A DNA stretch of 64,000 bases from an uncultured Bacilli bacterium (lineage in GTDB: Bacteria > Bacillota_I > Bacilli_A > RF39 > UBA660), in contig CAKOIM010000002.1 in assembly GCA_934086815.1 (NCBI GenBank), positions 16,155-80,154 of the forward strand, written 5' to 3'. Position numbers and translations under genes: made by a program. Of this stretch, positions 58,480 to 64,000 are shown piece after piece (position 1 is the stretch's first letter; the number at the start of each line of letters is the position of its first letter). The notes below the pieces were generated by a model. It searched no databases and had not been told where the DNA came from. It saw nothing but the letters and a program-made list of their open reading frames with translations.

Positions 58480-59188
58480 TTTTATCCCTCCATTTTTTTA
58501 CAAATTTTATAAAATCATCTAATAAGTCATAATTTTTATCTTTATAATTATCATAAACATACAATAATACATCTAATTCACTTAATATATTATCATCACT
58601 TACTAAAATACTTATTTTTTCTTGTTCTATTACTTTGTTTCTTAAAGTATGCATATTCCATTCATCCATTACAATACTATTTAACATAGAATCATTACCA
58701 TACATTTCTTTAAAAAACAAATAATCAATACCATCTTTATCATTAATAAATCTTAATTTAACATCATCATAATCATCTATTTTATAATCTATATTTTCTT
58801 CTAAATCTAGATGAAGAAATACTCTATTTTTCATTTCCATATACATTTTTAAAAATAATTTTTCTTTCTTTTCTTCATCCATAAGATATTCTTTACTTAA
58901 ATATTCTTTTATCCATAAATTTATTTTTGTTTGATAATCTTCTTCTTTTTCTAAAGCAAAACTTCCAAACATTCTATTCATGGCCCATTTAAGCCATACA
59001 TCATGATTTTTTAAAACATTTTTAAATCCTTTTACAAAAAATACCTTGGCACTATTTTCAATATTAATAGCATTCTTTCCTACACTTGGTACTAAACCAT
59101 TTATAGCAATAGATTTAATATTTTCTTTATCCGTAAAATGTAGAAAATCATTAGAATAAATATCTTTTATATCAATCTTATTTAACAT
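58451..59188 (-). CDS. uncharacterised protein translationally coupled between aspS and hisS
   Basis: Overlaps the aspS end by 11 nt and the hisS start by 29 nt. The N-terminal FLHFTDKENIKSIAINGLVP motif is reminiscent of ART-fold/AbiGi/DarT-type N-termini. Confidence 0.55.
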   Translation of the reverse strand: MLNKIDIKDIYSNDFLHFTDKENIKSIAINGLVPSVGKNAINIENSAKVFFVKGFKNVLKNHDVWLKWAMNRMFGSFALEKEEDYQTKINLWIKEYLSKEYLMDEEKKEKLFLKMYMEMKNRVFLHLDLEENIDYKIDDYDDVKLRFINDKDGIDYLFFKEMYGNDSMLNSIVMDEWNMHTLRNKVIEQEKISILVSDDNILSELDVLLYVYDNYKDKNYDLLDDFIKFVKKWRDKNDYKTKRNI

Positions 59189-60899
59189 CTACTTTTATAC
59201 CTAATTCATCTAGTTGTTTATTATCAACTACATTTGGACATTCACTCATTAAATCACTTGCGCTAGCAGTTTTAGGAAAGGCAATAACATCACGTATATT
59301 TTCAGTGTTTGTTAAAAGCATTGTTAATCTATCTAGGCCAAAAGCAAGTCCCCCATGCGGTGGTGTTCCGTATTTTAAAGCATTAACAAAGAAACCAAAT
59401 TTTTCTTCTATTTCTTTATCAGTTAATTCTAAAGCTTCAAACATTTTCTTTTGAATATTCTCATCATGAATACGAATAGATCCACCTCCAGCTTCATAAC
59501 CATTAATAACGATATCATAGGCTTTTGAATAGCAATGAGCTTTATCCGTAATTAATTTATCAACATCTTCATCTTTTGGGGCGGTAAATGGATGATGCAT
59601 AGCCATAAATCTATTTTCTTCTTCACTCCATTCAAATGAAGGAAAGTCAACTACCCAAAGTAATTTGTATTCATTATTATCAATTAAATTTAATTTACGA
59701 GCAATATTTCCTCTTAAAGCTCCTAAAGCCGTTTTTATAATATTTTTTTCACCATTTATTATAAATACTAAGTCATTTTTTTCTAAATTCAATTTACTTA
59801 TTAAATTCGACTTTTCTTCTTCGCTCATTTTCTTTGCAATTGAACCAGTTAATTCTTCTTCATATTTTAGAAAGATTAATCCACTCGCCTTATAATTTTT
59901 AACAAAAAGTGTTAAAGCATCAATATCTTTTCGACTAAATTTATCCGCACTATTTTTAACTACAATAGCATTTACTAATGTATTTTTTAAAAATTCAATA
60001 TCCGAAGATTTAAAAATATCACTAATATCATTAATTTTCATATCAAATCTTAAATCTGGTTTATCAGAACCATAATAATTAATTGCATCATCATATTTCA
60101 TTTTTAAAAGAGGTAGTTTGATATCAATTCCTTTTACAGTTTTAAATATATGAGCAATTAATTTTTCCGCCATATTCATAACATCAAATTCATCAACAAA
60201 ACTCATTTCCATATCTACTTGAGTAAATTCTGGTTGACGATCTGCTCTTAAATCTTCATCACGAAAACACTTAGCTATTTGAAAATAACGCATTACTCCG
60301 CCCACCATTAAAAGTTGTTTAAAAATTTGCGGAGATTGAGGAAGGGCATAAAATTTACCTTTATTAACTCGTGAGGGAACTAAATAATCTCTAGCACCTT
60401 CTGGTGTACTCTTACATAATACTGGTGTTTCTACTTCAATAAAGTTTTCTTTATCTAAAAAGTTTCTTATAGCTAAAGTTATTTTATGTCTTGTAATTAA
60501 ATTATTAACTAAAGCAGGTCTTCTTAAATCTAAATAACGATATTTAAGACGTGTATCTTCTAAAGCTGTTGTGTTATCACTTATTTCAAATGGAGTTTCT
60601 AAAGATACATTTAATATATTTAAATTTTTAACATCAACTTCAATTTCTCCAGTTTTTATATTATTATTAGCATTTTCTCTTTTAATAATTTTCCCAAAAG
60701 CTTCAATAACATATTCATTTTTTATCTTTTTAGCAACTTCATAACAATCATTATCTGGTCTTACAACAAGTTGAATGATTCCACTTCTATCACGTAAATC
60801 AATAAATATTACCCCGCCTAAATTACGCGTTTTAGCTACCCAACCTTTTAATTTTACTTCTTCATCTAAATTATTAATATTATAATCACTATTAAACAT
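59178..60899 (-). CDS. aspS: aspartate--tRNA ligase (bacterial type)
   Basis: FRDEDLRADRQPEFTQVD, GGGSIRIH and GLDRL motifs. Confidence 0.95.
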   Translation of the reverse strand: MFNSDYNINNLDEEVKLKGWVAKTRNLGGVIFIDLRDRSGIIQLVVRPDNDCYEVAKKIKNEYVIEAFGKIIKRENANNNIKTGEIEVDVKNLNILNVSLETPFEISDNTTALEDTRLKYRYLDLRRPALVNNLITRHKITLAIRNFLDKENFIEVETPVLCKSTPEGARDYLVPSRVNKGKFYALPQSPQIFKQLLMVGGVMRYFQIAKCFRDEDLRADRQPEFTQVDMEMSFVDEFDVMNMAEKLIAHIFKTVKGIDIKLPLLKMKYDDAINYYGSDKPDLRFDMKINDISDIFKSSDIEFLKNTLVNAIVVKNSADKFSRKDIDALTLFVKNYKASGLIFLKYEEELTGSIAKKMSEEEKSNLISKLNLEKNDLVFIINGEKNIIKTALGALRGNIARKLNLIDNNEYKLLWVVDFPSFEWSEEENRFMAMHHPFTAPKDEDVDKLITDKAHCYSKAYDIVINGYEAGGGSIRIHDENIQKKMFEALELTDKEIEEKFGFFVNALKYGTPPHGGLAFGLDRLTMLLTNTENIRDVIAFPKTASASDLMSECPNVVDNKQLDELGIKVDVK

Positions 60900-60922
60900 T
60901 TAATCATTTCCTTTCTAAATAT

Positions 60923-61127
60923 AAAAAACTATGAATTTAGTATACCCTAAGGACGAGTAATTACCCGCGGTGCCACCTTAATTCATAGAATCTATGCTCT
61001 TTTGTTTTTTAACGCAAAACTACACGTTTATTCTTAAGATCTGTTGTTCATTTCAAAAAATATTATTACTAATTTCCACCAACCATTAGCTCTCTTTAAA
61101 CATAACTTTTTTACTTCTTCAAATCAA
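60923..61127 (-). promoter_or_regulatory. T-box riboswitch leader of the aspS operon
   Basis: The minus strand carries AGAGAG (AG bulge), AGUA, T-box sequence AAUUAAGGUGGCACCGCGGG, and a long terminator helix CUAUGAAUU...AAUUCAUAG plus UUUUUU, followed by SD AGAAAGGAAA. Confidence 0.8.
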
Positions 61128-61142
61128 ATAAAATATACTAAT

Positions 61143-61171
61143 ACTATACTACATTTTCATTGAAGTGTCTA
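61143..61171 (-). promoter_or_regulatory. candidate promoter of the T-box leader
   Basis: Minus strand TAGACA-17 nt-TATAGT. Confidence 0.4.
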
Positions 61172-61194
61172 CATAATACTTAAGAAAATTCCAG

Positions 61195-61344
61195 CTATTT
61201 AACGAATTTATTTCTTCTTTTAGTATAACATAAAATACCAATTGCCCCAATTACTCCACTACTAGCTACTATAATTGAAACAAGATTACCTGTATGAGGA
61301 TTTTCTGTTATTTCAGTTGTAATTGTAATATTACAACCAGGCAT
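61195..61344 (-). pseudogene. orphan cell-wall sorting signal (3' remnant of a surface-protein gene)
   Basis: MPGCNITITTEITENPHTGNLVSIIVASSGVIGAIGILCYTKRRNKFVK: an LPXTG-like NPHTG, a hydrophobic span and a basic tail. No RBS and no upstream domain. Confidence 0.45.
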
Positions 61345-61380
61345 TACAAGTATTCCATCTTCAAAATTAATTTTATTTTT

Positions 61381-62397
61381 TTACACTAATTTATCTTTTA
61401 AAACTTTACTAATATTTTCTGCATTTTCAAATAAAAATCTACACATTTTTGTTCGAAATAAAGCAAACTCTAACAAATCTTTTTTAGAATTATCTATAAT
61501 AAATTGTTTATATCCAAATGTACTTGTAAGTAATTGTACTAAATATAAGTATGCCATGTACTTTAAATCATATTCATTTAATTTAACATACGCAGTAAAA
61601 GTTTTCGTATATTGAACTAAATTATTAATATCTATTTCTCCTTTTTTTGCTTTTGGATCAATATAACTATAAGATCTGATAATTTCCCATACAATTGGCA
61701 TTTTACAAGCCGAAACAAAATCTATAATCGCATTTACTTTTTCATCTTTATATATAAATTGTAATACACTATAATCTCCGTGAGTGTTCATAATAGTCAT
61801 TTTACTCATATCGCTTAAATCTAAATTATCTTTGATGAAAAGTAACATTGAAATTTTATCTGTTAAATCTTTATGTATTTGAGGAAAATCATTTATAGAT
61901 ATTTTTTGCAACAATTTTTCTATTTTTCCTATGCTTTCATCAATTGTAATTTTTGAGTACCAACTTGATATATCATTATTTGGCAGTTCAACTTTTAAAG
62001 TTTCAAGACTTTTAATAATTTTTCCTAAATATTCCGCTGATTCTAAAATTTGATTATAATTTCCACTATTAGATTCTATTGTGTAACCTTCAATAAATTT
62101 TTGCATAATGATAACTCTATTTTCATAAACAAAACAAGATTCTCCAGATACAGATTTTATATATTCAGGAACAGGAATATTATCTTTTTTTAAATGATTA
62201 ATTACAATTATTTCTTTAGCAATTTCTTCCTTTTTATATTTAGTTTGAAACTCTTTTAATATATATTTATTTTCGTTTAGTAAATATATATTTGCACTAC
62301 CCCGATTTATTTTTTTAACTTGATAAACTTCAATATCATAAACTTTTTTAACAACATCAACTATTTTTTGTTTTGTAAAAATTGTTTTCTCCATCAT
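61381..62397 (-). CDS. APH/choline-kinase-family phosphotransferase
   Basis: NTHGDYSVLQF ... IIDFVSA (Brenner/DFG-like) motifs. Confidence 0.75.
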   Translation of the reverse strand: MMEKTIFTKQKIVDVVKKVYDIEVYQVKKINRGSANIYLLNENKYILKEFQTKYKKEEIAKEIIVINHLKKDNIPVPEYIKSVSGESCFVYENRVIIMQKFIEGYTIESNSGNYNQILESAEYLGKIIKSLETLKVELPNNDISSWYSKITIDESIGKIEKLLQKISINDFPQIHKDLTDKISMLLFIKDNLDLSDMSKMTIMNTHGDYSVLQFIYKDEKVNAIIDFVSACKMPIVWEIIRSYSYIDPKAKKGEIDINNLVQYTKTFTAYVKLNEYDLKYMAYLYLVQLLTSTFGYKQFIIDNSKKDLLEFALFRTKMCRFLFENAENISKVLKDKLV

Positions 62398-64000
62398 TAT
62401 ACTTTTTCTCCTTTATTTCCTTAATAAATAAACTAAATATTAAAGGCAATGTAACTGCATAAGGATACACATATCTAAAATATGTATTTGCCGGACCTAT
62501 AAAACACATGGCTATAAGTGAAAATCCTGGTAAAAGCATTAAAATATATTTTTTATTTTTAGAAATAATTGAACTTACTAATAAAAACAAATAAACAAAA
62601 GTATAAAATGCACAATTAACTAATAAATTCAAAACAGGAATATAATTCCAAGCAAATGCATAACCTTTTAAAATTGTTCGACCAGCACTTAAATCATTAA
62701 AATGATAATTATAACCAGCTTGTTTTAACTTTGGATTTAAATTAGTATAGACATATGAATTATAATCTCGCGGATAAAAATAACCATATGTATTACTAAG
62801 AGTTGCATTAAAGTAAGCATCCGGATGTTTAAAAAACATCTTAAACCAAACTAATAAATATTCTTTTAAATCATTAGATGTAGCATTTTTATTATATTTA
62901 TTTTTTACGGGATCTGAAAGTATCGGATTATATCTTTCTTTTAAAGTATCATATTCTAATACTTTATCTATAGCCTTCTTTTCATCCTTAGTAACACTTT
63001 TTCCATAATCTAAAACATATCTTGCCGTTTGCTGAAAAGGAATAGATAAGCCCTCTCTTACCGAAGTATTAGGAATATTAAATAAAGAAAGGGATGAGTT
63101 ATAACCCAAAACAAATATAAACATTAATGCACTTAAGATAATTGATGCTTTTTTTCTATCTTTAATAAAAATAGTAAATGGTAAACTTAAAAATATTAAC
63201 ACTGCCCCATTAGTTCTAAATAAAATAACAAGCATCATAATTAAACTAAATAATATATAGTCTTTCTTATTAAATTTATATTTAAGATACTTATACAAAT
63301 ATATTGTATATAATAATACAAAAGAAGTAAACAATGTATCTTTAACCGCGGTCATAGCATAAAATGGAAAAAATGGTATTATACTATAAAATAATAATAT
63401 TAGTAATAAATAATTATCAGAAACACCTTCTTTTTTTAAAAAATAAATAGAATAAGCTAACACACTAATAACAACTATTTCTTGTAAAAATGTATATAAA
63501 AATATACCTAAATTTATATTATTTATATTTATTCCTAATTTAGTTAAATTACCTAGTAATAAAGTATGAAGTATTGGATTAAAATTAGTCAAAGTAACTT
63601 TACTATCTATTACAACAATACTATCTAAATAACGAGTATGAAGCCCTAGGACTTCTTTTATTTGATTAGCATTATCATAATTAATAACACCAGGATAATA
63701 AAATATTAGATACATTCCATAAACCAAACTTAATACTAAAATACTATATAAAAATGGATGATTTCCAAAATTTAGAGCTTTTCCCTTAAATTTATGATTA
63801 ATCAAAAAACTATAAGCTCCATTTAATAATTTACTAAATAATTTATAATAACCATAAAACTTAATAAGAGTAACTAAAATATTTATATCACCCTTATAAA
63901 TAATTTTAAAACTGTAACTACTTGCAAAACTATAACCTACAATCATAAATATTGTAAACAAAATACTTAAATAATTTAAGGCTTTATATTCTTTAAATTC
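62357..64000 (-). CDS. large polytopic membrane protein (DUF6020/GT-C-like), 5' end probably off-window
   Basis: More than 10 TM segments. YPGVINYDNANQI and NPILHTLLLG motifs. The frame stays open to the window edge upstream of the listed TTG. Confidence 0.55.
   Translation of the reverse strand, partial: EFKEYKALNYLSILFTIFMIVGYSFASSYSFKIIYKGDINILVTLIKFYGYYKLFSKLLNGAYSFLINHKFKGKALNFGNHPFLYSILVLSLVYGMYLIFYYPGVINYDNANQIKEVLGLHTRYLDSIVVIDSKVTLTNFNPILHTLLLGNLTKLGININNINLGIFLYTFLQEIVVISVLAYSIYFLKKEGVSDNYLLLILLFYSIIPFFPFYAMTAVKDTLFTSFVLLYTIYLYKYLKYKFNKKDYILFSLIMMLVILFRTNGAVLIFLSLPFTIFIKDRKKASIILSALMFIFVLGYNSSLSLFNIPNTSVREGLSIPFQQTARYVLDYGKSVTKDEKKAIDKVLEYDTLKERYNPILSDPVKNKYNKNATSNDLKEYLLVWFKMFFKHPDAYFNATLSNTYGYFYPRDYNSYVYTNLNPKLKQAGYNYHFNDLSAGRTILKGYAFAWNYIPVLNLLVNCAFYTFVYLFLLVSSIISKNKKYILMLLPGFSLIAMCFIGPANTYFRYVYPYAVTLPLIFSLFIKEIKEKKYNDGENNFYKTKNS

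Overview
64-kb stretch of a very AT-rich, low-GC Firmicute-type chromosome. Gene order looks Clostridia/Erysipelotrichia-like. The standard genetic code applies, since TGA is used as a stop (for example at the ruvX end). All calls come from reading the sequence and ORF translations by eye; no searches were run, and hairpin and promoter coordinates are approximate.

Backbone genes are housekeeping: mutS, lon, murF-ddl, pflB-pflA and tgt. There is a B. subtilis-like block of UPF0297(IreB-like)-ruvX-DUF1292-mltG-trmR-U32-U32-greA-tig. Also present are rarA, gpsA, tcdA, two ZIP metal transporters, two tRNAs (CAT, Leu-TAG), and a long minus-strand T-box-led operon aspS-orf245-hisS-asnS-P-loop kinase-gatC-gatA-gatB.

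I saw no CRISPR array, rRNA, transposase or phage structural module. The only recombinase is Xer-type.

Non-routine content:
1. A ~390-bp GC-rich patch that replaces the 3' end of a surface-protein gene (23905-24290).
2. A cluster of surface-type proteins without signal peptides directly after mutS, where mutL is normally found. It holds a collagen-like/BclA-like protein, a beta-helix protein with a WxL-like tail, and Ig-like proteins. It also carries a 32-nt duplication of a gene end and a non-ATG start.
3. A well-formed candidate type I toxin-antitoxin locus in a tRNA-adjacent islet.
4. A stand-alone HerA-type ATPase with its own promoter and terminator and no known partner.
5. An uncharacterised gene translationally coupled between aspS and hisS, downstream of a T-box whose specifier region reads GAAC.
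6. Several decayed genes: a frameshifted unknown gene, a doubly disrupted paralog, and an orphan sorting signal.
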